A stretch of 64,000 nucleotides of DNA from Cyanophyceae cyanobacterium (GTDB taxonomy: Bacteria > Cyanobacteriota > Cyanobacteriia > Cyanobacteriales > Laspinemataceae): NCBI GenBank assembly GCA_038321985.1, contig JBBQFN010000002.1:383269-447268 (forward strand), in the 5' to 3' direction. A program made the position numbers and the translations under genes. Every line of letters starts with the position of its first letter. Position 1 is the stretch's first letter. Shown here in pieces: positions 48,497 to 58,130 of the stretch. The notes beneath the pieces are model-generated. The model was given only the letters and a program-made list of their open reading frames with translations, made no database searches and was not told the DNA's origin.

Positions 48497-51400
48497 TCGT
48501 CTGGATTAACTCAATAATTTTATCAAATCGTAGTTGAGTCACCAAATTGGTGAGGAGAGTTGCTAAGGCTGTATGGGAGTCGGGAATTTGGCTAATTAAG
48601 CAGGCGATCGCCTCATCATCCAATTCACTAGCCGCTTGATAGAGTTGAGTTTTCCACTCCGGCGACATTCCCTGCAAACATTCGGTTACCGTCAGGCAAT
48701 CTCCTGGAAGTAAGAGAGAGTGACTACTCACCTGAGCACCCGAAATTTCTTCATAAAGATAACGCACCCCTAAATGTTCCGCCATTTTTTGAAAAATTAC
48801 GTCTTCGCGAAATGGCTTACTGGCAAAATCATTACATCCTGCCTCCAAAACCATTGCCCGATTTTCTTCAAACGCGCTGGCCGTTAATCCAATAATAACC
48901 GGAATTGGCCCATTAGTCATCTGTTTAATTTGCCGGGTAGCTTCATAACCATCCATCACCGGCATTTGCATATCCATCCAAATTAGATCGGGTTGCCAGC
49001 TTTGCCACATCGTCACCGCATCTTCCCCATTCACCGCCTCGCGCACTTCAAACCCCAGCGGCGACAGCAGATTTCGCAGTAACAGACGGCTTTCCCACTT
49101 ATCCTCAACTACCAGAATTCGATAGGTGGGTTGATTCGCCGCTAACCCGATCACCCGCTGGTTCGGTATCTCGGTCCCCGGAGTCAAGGCTTCTGCGGGA
49201 CTAATTTTGATATTAAATTTAAAAATTGTGCCTTTTTCTAAAGTAGAACTAACGGTAATTTCACCCCCCATTAATTCGACGAACTGACGGCTAATCGGAA
49301 GTCCCAGACCCGTACCAGATTGCGACTTTCGGCCCGTTTCTGTTTGCACAAAAGGGTCGAATAATGTGTTAAGTTCGTCACCGCTAATCCCGGGTCCTGT
49401 ATCTTCGATTTCACAAACTAAAGAAAGGGATAATTCCTGATCAAGCATTTCAGGATCTACGGATTTAATATCGGTTTTAACTCGGACCGAGATTCCCCCC
49501 CGTTCTGTAAATTTGATAGCATTTCCCAAAAGGTTTATCAAAACTTGCCGCAATTTACTTTCGTCCGTTTTGATGAACGGAGAGAGGTTAGGAGTACGTT
49601 CAAAAATAAGCTGTAAGCCTTTAGATTCAGCTTTAAGTTTAAACATTTCTTCCAGAGAAGTTAACAACCGATTCAGATCAAAAATGGTTTCATTTAGAGA
49701 AATTCGACCGGCTTCAATTTTGGACATTTCCAGCACATCATTAATCAGGGTCAGTAGATGTTCCCCCGCCCGAGAAATGATACCCAGATAGTCTTGCTGT
49801 TGAGGTTGGAGGGTATTGTCCCGATTCAGGATTTGCGTAAAGCCGAGAATAGCATTCAGTGGAGTTCGCAATTCGTGACTCATTTTTGAGAGGAATTCGC
49901 CTTTGGCTTTGCTGGCTGCATCCGCTGCTTCTTTCGCTTGTTGCAAGGCTAATTCGGCTTGTTTACGCTGAGTGATATCGCTGGCTGTGCCGGTTAAACC
50001 TAAGAGTTTTCCCTGAGCATCTTTCCGGATAATTGCATTAATCAAGAGATAAATTGGTCTGCCATCTTTCGCGATATCTATAGTTTCATATTGAGAAATT
50101 GAATGAGCTGATAAAATTTCATCGAATGCTGCTTGATCCGGAGTCTCTTTTTCATATTCATAAGGCTTGAATTCAGAAAAGTGACGGCCGATCATTTCTT
50201 CGGGTTCATACCCATAAATGTCCTTAACGGCTTGGTTAACAAAGGTAAAATAACCTTGGCTATTCATGGAGAATATCATTTCTTGAGAGGTTTCCACCAA
50301 GTCGCGATACTTCCGTTCACTTTCGGCTAATGCTTCTTCCGCTAATTTACGATCCGTGATATCGGTAATCGAGCCAACCATTCGGATTGTTTTTCCGGCT
50401 TCATTCCAGAGTGCCTGACCCCGAGCTAAAATCCACTTATAAGTATCATTTTTGCACCGCAGACGATGTTCCGTGGCGAAATAAGGCGTTTGACCACAAA
50501 AATGCTCTTTAATCGCCTGTAGGACCCAACTCACTTCATTAGGATGTATGCGATTTACCCAGGTATTTGAGTGGTTGAGAAGTTCATGATCTTCATAGCC
50601 AATAATTTCTTTCCATCGACTGGAAAAAAAGGCTTCATTGGTTTTTAAATTCCAGTCCCAGATTCCATCATTATTGCCTTGCAAGGCTAATTGCCACCGT
50701 TCTTCACTCTGCCGTAATTCCTCTTCGGCTTGTTTGCGATCGGTGATATCAACCACTAATCCATCCCAGAGAATACTCCCATCGGCTTGCTTTTCTGGGT
50801 TAGCATCTCCTTGGATCCATTTAATTTGACCCGATATAATCATTCTCCAAATAAAATGCCACGGTTCTAAGGTGGCGGCTGAGCGCATGATGGATTCTGT
50901 ATGTTGTTCGCGATCGCCTACATAAATTTTCTCCAACAATAAAGATGTATCTTCCATCGCCGCTTCGGCTTCAATTCCATAAATCTTGAGGCATCCCGGA
51001 CTGACGTAGGGACAACTGAACGTCCCATCAGGATGCATTTTAAATTGATAAATCATCCCTGGGATGTTAGCGGCGAGATTATAATACCGGGTATTGCTTT
51101 GTTGTAATTGTTGGGTGCGCTCTTGTACGGTTTGCTCTAACTTGCGAGAATATTCTTTTTGAGCTTCATACAGTTGGGCATTTTCTAAGGCGATCGCCGC
51201 TTGGGAGGAAATGAGTTTGAGCAATTCAACTCGCGACGGACTAAATGCACCAACAATTAAATTGTTTTCTAGGTACAGAATTCCAATGAGTTTACCTTGC
51301 CCTAAAATTGGCGTACATAAAACTGACTTTGGCTGAGTCGCTAAAATGTACGAATCACTGCTAAATTGTTCATTTTGGCTGGCATCGTTGAGAACGACAT

Positions 51401-54400
51401 CTTCTTGCGTACGACTGACATAATGAATTAGGGACAGAGGTAAAAAAGAACTGGTTTCAATGGCGATCGCCTGTCGAACTGAAACCTCATTTTGTTCAAT
51501 CGTACCTGCTGCTTCTATCACAAAATTACCCTTTTGGTTCAGGAGGAAATACCCCATTTGCGCTCCAGCATTTTCCAGCGCAAGACGCATCAACTTTGCC
51601 AGTAAATTATCAATGTTGACCTCCCCAATTAGAGTTTGAGACGCTTTAATGACCGTATTCAAATCTAAAAATACATCGTAACCGCTACTTTTTGATTCTG
51701 TAGATTTATTAGTATAAAGTGCTGTAGTTCTTACTTCTAGGGTTTTAGAGTTTAAGGAAGAAAATCGACGTTCTAAATCCTGAACTTTCGCTAATGCACC
51801 CCAACGATAGTAGCAAGAATGGGCTTTTTTTCGGTAAAATTCAGCAATAGGGTCTCGTCCAATTTGTTCATAAAATTCTGCCGCTAATTCGTAGCTGATC
51901 GCTTCTTCTTGGATATAGTTATTTTTTTGGGCCGTGGCGATCGCGAGGTCATAAAAATTCATTGCCTCTAACAGTTGTCCAAGAACTCGGGCTTTTTCTG
52001 CCTCGACTAATTCATACTTGTGTTGATAATTATCGGGCGCAAAACTGGCCCAGATTTTCATTTTATCTTGGTTAGTTTCCACTTTGAGCAGAATCTGCTC
52101 TTGTTCAGATTCTGATGCCTGGAGATACACAGCCAAAGCGGAGAGAGAATCATAAAAATAAAAGAGCGGCAGGGTATAAACCGCTGTTAACACCTCTAAA
52201 TAGGTTGCAGCCATCCGAGCATTGATCACCGCCTTTTCAGGCTGCCGAAATAAATAACTTAGGATGAGTTTGTGCAAATATAAACAACAAAGGGCATAAC
52301 GATCGCTGGCTTGTTCATGAAGCGATCTCATCATTTCTTCGTTATAAGCTATCCCGCTGAGGTTCACAGGATTGCCCGATTTATTTATTAAATTTAAAAC
52401 TACCTGCCAAGATATTTGGCAATAAGTTAGGGTAGTTGTTTGTTTAAACTTTTCAAGCAAAGAACTATAAAATGCAATTTCCCCTTCCAACTTAGAGATT
52501 TCTTTGCCTGCAAAATATGAATTAATGCAATAATTGTAAGCAGAAAGACCTGCATATTCTAAGTCGCCATTTTCCAATCCACTTTCATAAGCCGTTAGCA
52601 AAGGTGGGATAGTTTCCTGAAGAGGTTCCTTCCAGACACCCACATTATTATTTACCACCATTAAAGTGCGGCATCTCAATTCTTTATTCTTGAATTTTTC
52701 TAAAACTTTTAAGGCTAATTGGCCAAATTGATGGCCGGTTTCAATATCTCCTACAATGCCACATAAAATTAGGCCGTAACAAGCGTAGGCATAAGCCGCT
52801 TCATCGGTATTGCCATAGGTTAGGGATAACTTAATTTCCTCAAATACAATCAACGGTAACAGCAGGGGCGCAACTTGATAGGCGGGGGCGATCGCGCTAT
52901 TAAGAATCCGCATCGCCGCTTTTTGATGAGCCTCGGACATTTTAGGTAAATGGATTAAATCTTGCACATCCTTTCCCCTTAATTGGCTCGATACTTCCTT
53001 TAGTCCAACTTGAATATCTGCGAAGGCTGGCTGTTCAGGTAAATGAATATTTAACAATTCAAGCGCTTCTCGAGTATTTTCTAAGGCTTTCAGTTGTTGG
53101 CTGCAAGAGCTATAGGCTTTAATTCTAATTTCGTAAAAATTAACTTGAGCTAGGACAGATTGAGCTTGGACGAGACCAATTTTTACCAAATCCTCCATTC
53201 GTTCAAAATCTATATTGATGTAAGCCGCATAAGCCGCCTGAGTATGCAGTTTTAGAGTGGTTGCATAATCAGTCTCCCAGCTTTCTTGTTCTAGGAGTCT
53301 CACCCCTCCCTGAAAATAGGTATAAGCCAATTTATAAGCGTTGGTTGATAGGGCTTTTTGACCCGCCCTTAAATTCAATTGCGCTAGCTTTATTTTTTCT
53401 TGATGGTTTGTTATTAATTCATGACCATAGTTTAAATGATTAACAATTTCCAAAATATTTGCTTCTATATTTTCCGGGGACGCATTAGTTAATAAAAGAC
53501 AAGCAATTTGCCAATGAGTTTGGTTTTTTTGGTTTTCTGGAATCAGCGAATAAGCAGCTTGTTGAACGCGATTATGTAAAAACTGGTAGCATACTTTTGC
53601 TCTATTCGGAGATTCTTCGGCCGGGGGTAGAGTATGAGTTTTGGCTAAGGGGAGAATCAATTCTTCTTGAAGGGCTTCCGACAAATCTCTAGCAGTTAGT
53701 TCAAGAGATCGCTCACTGACAATAGATAGCATTTCAATATCAAAGCAATTCCCAATACAAGCGGCTAGTTTCAAAGCCTTTTGGGTGAGGGGTTGCAATT
53801 TTTGAATTTTTCCAACCATTAACTCCACTACATTATCGGTTATCCCAATTTTTTCAATTCGGCTGATTTTCCAGTCCCAACTTTCTTTACCCCAATTAAA
53901 TTTTAACAACTGGTCTTCTTCTAAAGATTTTAAAAGCTGGGTTAGGAAAAAAGGATTTCCATGAGTCTTTTTAAAAATCAGCTTCGCTAAACCGAAAGAT
54001 TTGGCAGTAGTACAATTTAATGTCTCTGCCAGTAAGTCATTGACATCGTGAACATTCAATGGGATGAGATTAACTTCTCTTACCGAAACCTGGGTATTTT
54101 TGATATCCTGTAATGTCAATTCCACAGGGTGAGTTGCAGTTAATTCATTATTTCGATAAGACACAATCATCAATAAATGATGATTTTGATTATCGGTAAT
54201 AACTCGTTTAATTAATTCGAGAGATGCTAAATCCGCCCACTGTAAGTCATCAATAAAAAGAATAAGAGGATGTTTTTCTTGAGTAAAAACATTAATGAAT
54301 TTTTGGAAAACTAAATTAAACCGATTTTGAAATTCTGTCGGAGGCAGCGATACCAATGCCGGTTGAGGGCCGAGAATCAGTTCAACTTCCGGAATCACCT

Positions 54401-55622
54401 CAATAATTACCTGCCCATTTTCTCCGATCGCCCCTAATATTTTTTCTTTCCAGGCTTTAATTTGGGGTTCCTGTTCACTGAGCAGTTGCCGGACCAAGGA
54501 TGCAAAGGCTTGAATCACCGCAGTATATGGAATATTGAGCTTAAATTGGTCAAACTTACCGCTAATAAAATAGCCTCGATATTTAACTAAAGGTTTCTGC
54601 ATTTCCTGCACTAAAGCAGATTTGCCGACCCCCGAATACCCCGAAATCAGAATCAATTCAGTCGCCCCCCCACAGACTCGTTCAAAAGCCGATAAAACTT
54701 GGGCGCGTTCTTGGTCCCGCCCATAGAGTTTTTGGGGAATTTCTAGTTTGCCCGAAAAGTCTTTTTGTCCCAACTTGAATTCATCAATTTTTCCCTTCTC
54801 TTGCCATTGTTTTAGGCAATATTCTAAATCAGCCTTCAATCCAAAGCCACTTTGGTATCGGGTTTCTGCAGTTTTTGCCAGTAATTTCATCACCAAGTTA
54901 GAAACCGCCATAGGAATTTCCACAACCCGTTCACTGGGGGGAACGGGCATCCGGGCAATATGACAGTGGACTAGCTCGATCGCCTCCTGAGTTTGATAAG
55001 GTAATTCCCCCGTGAGCATTTCATAAAAAGTCACCCCTAATGAGTAAAAATCCGTGCGATAGTCGATCGCCCGATTCATTCGCCCAGTTTGTTCTGGGGA
55101 CATATAGGCGAGGGTTCCTTCCAGGCTATTAGGATGAACTGCACCAGCCGTTTCTCTGGACAACTGGGAGGCGATCGCAAAGTCAATTATCTTTACCTCT
55201 AGACTCTGAGGATGAATAATAATATTACTGGGTTTAATATCTTTATGAATAATGCGATTTTGGTGAACTTCACCTAAAATCTGGGCCAGTTGAATCCCTA
55301 AATGTAAAAAAGTCTCAACGTCTAACGGTTGTTGCTTTAAAAATATTTTTAGAGAAACTCCCCCTGTATCGGGTAAAATCAAAAGGGGTAGATTTCTGCT
55401 CATTTCCAGACTTAAGGGTTCAATGACTCCCCCTAATTTTAAATTTTGGGTAATCTCATACTCGTGATGGAGTTGAGCGATATCCGCCGGACTGGGATAC
55501 TCTGTCCCCAGGGCTTTTAAAATCACTGGCAATCTATCCGCTTCTCGAATCCCTCGATACACCACCCGTTTGCTATTGCGATAAATTTCTGCCCCAATCT
55601 GATAACCACTCAGTTCAATCAT
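48489..55622 (-). CDS. HstK-type multidomain kinase: Ser/Thr kinase-AAA ATPase-GAF-3xPAS-His kinase-REC
   Basis: IHKDIKPSN, YMSPEQTGR; Walker A GYSGVGKS, FIDDLQWAD; GAF ILYLENN; PAS/PAC repeats (DITDRK); SHELRTPLN, NAIKFT, GTGLGL; WMDMQMP. Confidence 0.93.
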   Translation of the reverse strand: MIELSGYQIGAEIYRNSKRVVYRGIREADRLPVILKALGTEYPSPADIAQLHHEYEITQNLKLGGVIEPLSLEMSRNLPLLILPDTGGVSLKIFLKQQPLDVETFLHLGIQLAQILGEVHQNRIIHKDIKPSNIIIHPQSLEVKIIDFAIASQLSRETAGAVHPNSLEGTLAYMSPEQTGRMNRAIDYRTDFYSLGVTFYEMLTGELPYQTQEAIELVHCHIARMPVPPSERVVEIPMAVSNLVMKLLAKTAETRYQSGFGLKADLEYCLKQWQEKGKIDEFKLGQKDFSGKLEIPQKLYGRDQERAQVLSAFERVCGGATELILISGYSGVGKSALVQEMQKPLVKYRGYFISGKFDQFKLNIPYTAVIQAFASLVRQLLSEQEPQIKAWKEKILGAIGENGQVIIEVIPEVELILGPQPALVSLPPTEFQNRFNLVFQKFINVFTQEKHPLILFIDDLQWADLASLELIKRVITDNQNHHLLMIVSYRNNELTATHPVELTLQDIKNTQVSVREVNLIPLNVHDVNDLLAETLNCTTAKSFGLAKLIFKKTHGNPFFLTQLLKSLEEDQLLKFNWGKESWDWKISRIEKIGITDNVVELMVGKIQKLQPLTQKALKLAACIGNCFDIEMLSIVSERSLELTARDLSEALQEELILPLAKTHTLPPAEESPNRAKVCYQFLHNRVQQAAYSLIPENQKNQTHWQIACLLLTNASPENIEANILEIVNHLNYGHELITNHQEKIKLAQLNLRAGQKALSTNAYKLAYTYFQGGVRLLEQESWETDYATTLKLHTQAAYAAYINIDFERMEDLVKIGLVQAQSVLAQVNFYEIRIKAYSSCSQQLKALENTREALELLNIHLPEQPAFADIQVGLKEVSSQLRGKDVQDLIHLPKMSEAHQKAAMRILNSAIAPAYQVAPLLLPLIVFEEIKLSLTYGNTDEAAYAYACYGLILCGIVGDIETGHQFGQLALKVLEKFKNKELRCRTLMVVNNNVGVWKEPLQETIPPLLTAYESGLENGDLEYAGLSAYNYCINSYFAGKEISKLEGEIAFYSSLLEKFKQTTTLTYCQISWQVVLNLINKSGNPVNLSGIAYNEEMMRSLHEQASDRYALCCLYLHKLILSYLFRQPEKAVINARMAATYLEVLTAVYTLPLFYFYDSLSALAVYLQASESEQEQILLKVETNQDKMKIWASFAPDNYQHKYELVEAEKARVLGQLLEAMNFYDLAIATAQKNNYIQEEAISYELAAEFYEQIGRDPIAEFYRKKAHSCYYRWGALAKVQDLERRFSSLNSKTLEVRTTALYTNKSTESKSSGYDVFLDLNTVIKASQTLIGEVNIDNLLAKLMRLALENAGAQMGYFLLNQKGNFVIEAAGTIEQNEVSVRQAIAIETSSFLPLSLIHYVSRTQEDVVLNDASQNEQFSSDSYILATQPKSVLCTPILGQGKLIGILYLENNLIVGAFSPSRVELLKLISSQAAIALENAQLYEAQKEYSRKLEQTVQERTQQLQQSNTRYYNLAANIPGMIYQFKMHPDGTFSCPYVSPGCLKIYGIEAEAAMEDTSLLLEKIYVGDREQHTESIMRSAATLEPWHFIWRMIISGQIKWIQGDANPEKQADGSILWDGLVVDITDRKQAEEELRQSEERWQLALQGNNDGIWDWNLKTNEAFFSSRWKEIIGYEDHELLNHSNTWVNRIHPNEVSWVLQAIKEHFCGQTPYFATEHRLRCKNDTYKWILARGQALWNEAGKTIRMVGSITDITDRKLAEEALAESERKYRDLVETSQEMIFSMNSQGYFTFVNQAVKDIYGYEPEEMIGRHFSEFKPYEYEKETPDQAAFDEILSAHSISQYETIDIAKDGRPIYLLINAIIRKDAQGKLLGLTGTASDITQRKQAELALQQAKEAADAASKAKGEFLSKMSHELRTPLNAILGFTQILNRDNTLQPQQQDYLGIISRAGEHLLTLINDVLEMSKIEAGRISLNETIFDLNRLLTSLEEMFKLKAESKGLQLIFERTPNLSPFIKTDESKLRQVLINLLGNAIKFTERGGISVRVKTDIKSVDPEMLDQELSLSLVCEIEDTGPGISGDELNTLFDPFVQTETGRKSQSGTGLGLPISRQFVELMGGEITVSSTLEKGTIFKFNIKISPAEALTPGTEIPNQRVIGLAANQPTYRILVVEDKWESRLLLRNLLSPLGFEVREAVNGEDAVTMWQSWQPDLIWMDMQMPVMDGYEATRQIKQMTNGPIPVIIGLTASAFEENRAMVLEAGCNDFASKPFREDVIFQKMAEHLGVRYLYEEISGAQVSSHSLLLPGDCLTVTECLQGMSPEWKTQLYQAASELDDEAIACLISQIPDSHTALATLLTNLVTQLRFDKIIELIQTND

Positions 55623-55679
55623 GTTTTTCTCCCCTGCCCCTTCGGTTATAAAATGTTAATTTGTATAGCTTGATGAAAC

Positions 55680-55809
55680 GATCGCCGGCGGCGCACTTTG
55701 CAAGGCTAGTGCTAAACTCCCACTATCCCACAGATCGCTCTCTTGTTGCCACGCTTGGTGGGAAAATAGAGGCCACGGGATAAATTTTCTCTGCCAGGGG
55801 AGTCGTCAC
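55680..55809 (-). pseudogene. Possible remnant of the N-terminus of drmC (DISARM PLD nuclease)
   Basis: GTG start 3 bp after the drmB stop (MTTPLAEKIY), then AWQQESDLWDSGSLALALQSA in another frame. Assigned mainly by position; no HKD motif remains. Confidence 0.3.
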
Positions 55810-55812
55810 GGC

Positions 55813-56150
55813 TTATTCAAAAAAGGCCAGTTGTTTCTCTTGAATCGTCGGTACCAGTAGCGATCAATCCAAAAATTTATTTCCCCGTTCCCAGGAGGTT
55901 TCGGGACTGAACAGGCAAGCATGGCAAGCAGCCCAATGTAAGGATGAATTGCTCTGGGTCGGATTATGTTCCGCACAAAGTGTATCGGACGCCACATAAG
56001 CGCATTTGTTCCACAGCTGGGGCAAAATGGTAGCCGAAGGTGGGCGATTCTCCCAAATTCACCAACCCGCCTAAAGTTCCCTCACTATCAGCAGATGCCG
56101 TATAAATTAGCACTGCGGCTTGAGGGCCATTTTTATCTTCGGGTAATTAG
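55813..56150 (-). pseudogene. drmB: DUF1998/DrmB (DISARM) C-terminal pseudogene
   Basis: Manual translation GPQAAVLIYTASADSEGTLGGLV...EQMRLC/ASDTLCAEH...HWAACHACLFSPETSWERGNKFLD*SLLVPT...LAFFE*, with a 1-nt frameshift near 55992 and a TGA at 55864-55866. Confidence 0.82.
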
Positions 56151-56339
56151 ACATTTCCAAACTTTACAAAATATTACCTAGTAAGGATTCTAGGATGAGC
56201 GGTTACTTTGCATTTGCAGTTAATTTTTACTGAAATATAGGGGTTTAAGGAGATTTGAGGGGAAAATCGCCAAATTGTCCTCGTTCATTAGTCGGTATAT
56301 GCAGTTGACAAACTCTAAAGTTTAGTTAGGTAAAATTAA

Positions 56340-57126
56340 GGCGTTGCACATATGCGGTATGATTCCATCGGACAGGGGTAAGTCCTTCAATTGGGCAGGG
56401 GTACAGTCCTATGTTTCAGGTAGTAGAGAAGCAATCTGATAGAAATTCTTAACATTTCTACGGATTTTGAATAACATAAAGTTTTTCTATGGAGGCGGGC
56501 TAAATAATGCCTTAATCGCGTGTTTTCTCCTTCTACCCGAGTCATGTAGGGCTTGCTAACTATATGGTCAAGTTCATCAATGAATTGAGGATAAACTGCA
56601 TAGCCATCCGTCACATAAAAAACATTCCCAGCCTCGAATGATTTTCCATAACGGTTTAAATATTTCTTTTGATCTATCCACGACCACAAAAGATAAAATA
56701 CCTGGAAGCCTTTTATTTACAGCGGTCCAGACCCAGATTTTATGTTTTTTTTTACCCCCATAAGTCTGTAACTCATCAACTTGACAGACTTCAGGAATCT
56801 CTTGATAATCTGGGTCGGGTGGTAAATTATTGGCCGCAGCTTTTACCCAATTAATAACTGTGTTGTGACAGACTCCAGTTAGTCTTTCTATCCGTCGAAA
56901 TCCATTCCCTTCAACATAGAGATGTAAACAGTGTCGTTTGACTTCTTCGGGATAACCTACGGGAGCATAGATGTCGATAAATTGACGCCCACAATCCTTG
57001 CATATATGGTTTTGTTTTCCTCTCTTCAAGCCATTTTTACTGATATTAGTGGACTGACACTTAGGACAAATCCTATTCTCTAGGGGTAGAGGCTACCCCC
57101 TTACCATACCATAGGTGTGCAACGCC
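56340..57126 (-). mobile_element. IS1-family element (787 bp), transposase apparently disrupted
   Basis: Imperfect IRs GGCGTTGCACATATGCGGTATG / GGCGTTGCACACCTATGGTATG; InsA Zn finger CKDCGRQF with HTH; InsB DELQTY, TDG, RVEGENTRLRHYLARLHRKT; frame change at a T6 run near 56630. Confidence 0.9.
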
Positions 57127-57149
57127 GATGAACTGGTTCCCCCGACACA

Positions 57150-57261
57150 ACCCCTTCTTAAAAACCTACCCAGATAAGCGGCAAACTTCTCCACCAGAGA
57201 GGTTTAGTCGCTTGCGTAAGGTCTTGATGAGGTCAGGAATCTGCAAGGTGGATTGAGTCAT
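57150..57261 (-). pseudogene. XRE-family HTH regulator remnant
   Basis: MTQSTLQIPDLIKTLRKRLNLS, then after a 1-nt shift EKFAAYLG; degenerates towards the IS1 end. Confidence 0.55.
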
Positions 57262-57536
57262 TTCGTTACTATAACCTGACCAGGCAATATACCATCCTTG
57301 ATATTTTGTTAAGTTTTTGGGGCTTGGTCGAGATTGCACCGGCAGGAGGGGTTTGGACTGAGTGGCGATCGCCTCTCAATCAGGTTCCGTCGGATAACTT
57401 TTCCCCTCAACAGTTTTATAGGTTGCCACATTACTTGTCGTCTTGCCCAATTAATATCGCTGAAATTGATAGACTGAATCCCTCTGTGCATAAAAATTCA
57501 GGCTATTTTTAAACTTCTGAGCGACCCCTAACTGGG

Positions 57537-57795
57537 TTTGACAAATTAAATGTGGTCTTTTGTAATTTTGACAAATTAGATGTTGTTTCTTGTCAAAGGT
57601 ATTGGCAGACGATTGCCTACGGCATAGCTGCGGTGTGCGGCAACTGTTTAATTAGAAATCAGATTGTCGGAACTGCGGGAGAAGCACCGACAACCTGATT
57701 GATGGCTGGGCAACATTAATTTTTCAACACCCTTTTAACGACATTAATCTGTCAAAACGACAAATAATGTGGCAGCGGCGACAAATAATGTGGCA
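57537..57795. repeat. Iterated GACAAAT boxes upstream of the haemagglutinin-domain gene
   Basis: TTTGACAAATTA(A/G)ATGT at 57537 and 57567 (30-bp period); CGACAAATAATGTGGCA at 57758 and 57779 (21-bp period). Confidence 0.6.
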
Positions 57796-58130
57796 AACGA
57801 CAGCAGACGCCGCCAACGCTGAGTGCAATTTAGCATAAAACTGCCGGTGCTGCCACTTTAGCGACAGATAACCGTTGAGATGATCGCACGATGGCATCCG
57901 GTACGATTCTAAGGGCCCAGACTCGCGCTCTGCTTGGTTAGTTTGAAACTTGTTTTGCCTAGAACATCAGCCATTTTTTATCGCTTAAGTGAGGCAAGCT
58001 ATTCTGGAGTGACAACAATGACTCGTAGGACAGGTTTTAACTCTAGCAAAAGAATTTAAGATGGGCATCAATGTAGCCTAATTGAACCAGTTATGTTATA
58101 GAGGATGAATACGAATTTAGGTATCCTCTG

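Noticed and set aside
57537..57795. Direct repeats considered as a CRISPR array
   Set aside because: Only two copies of each, spacers far too short, and no cas genes nearby.
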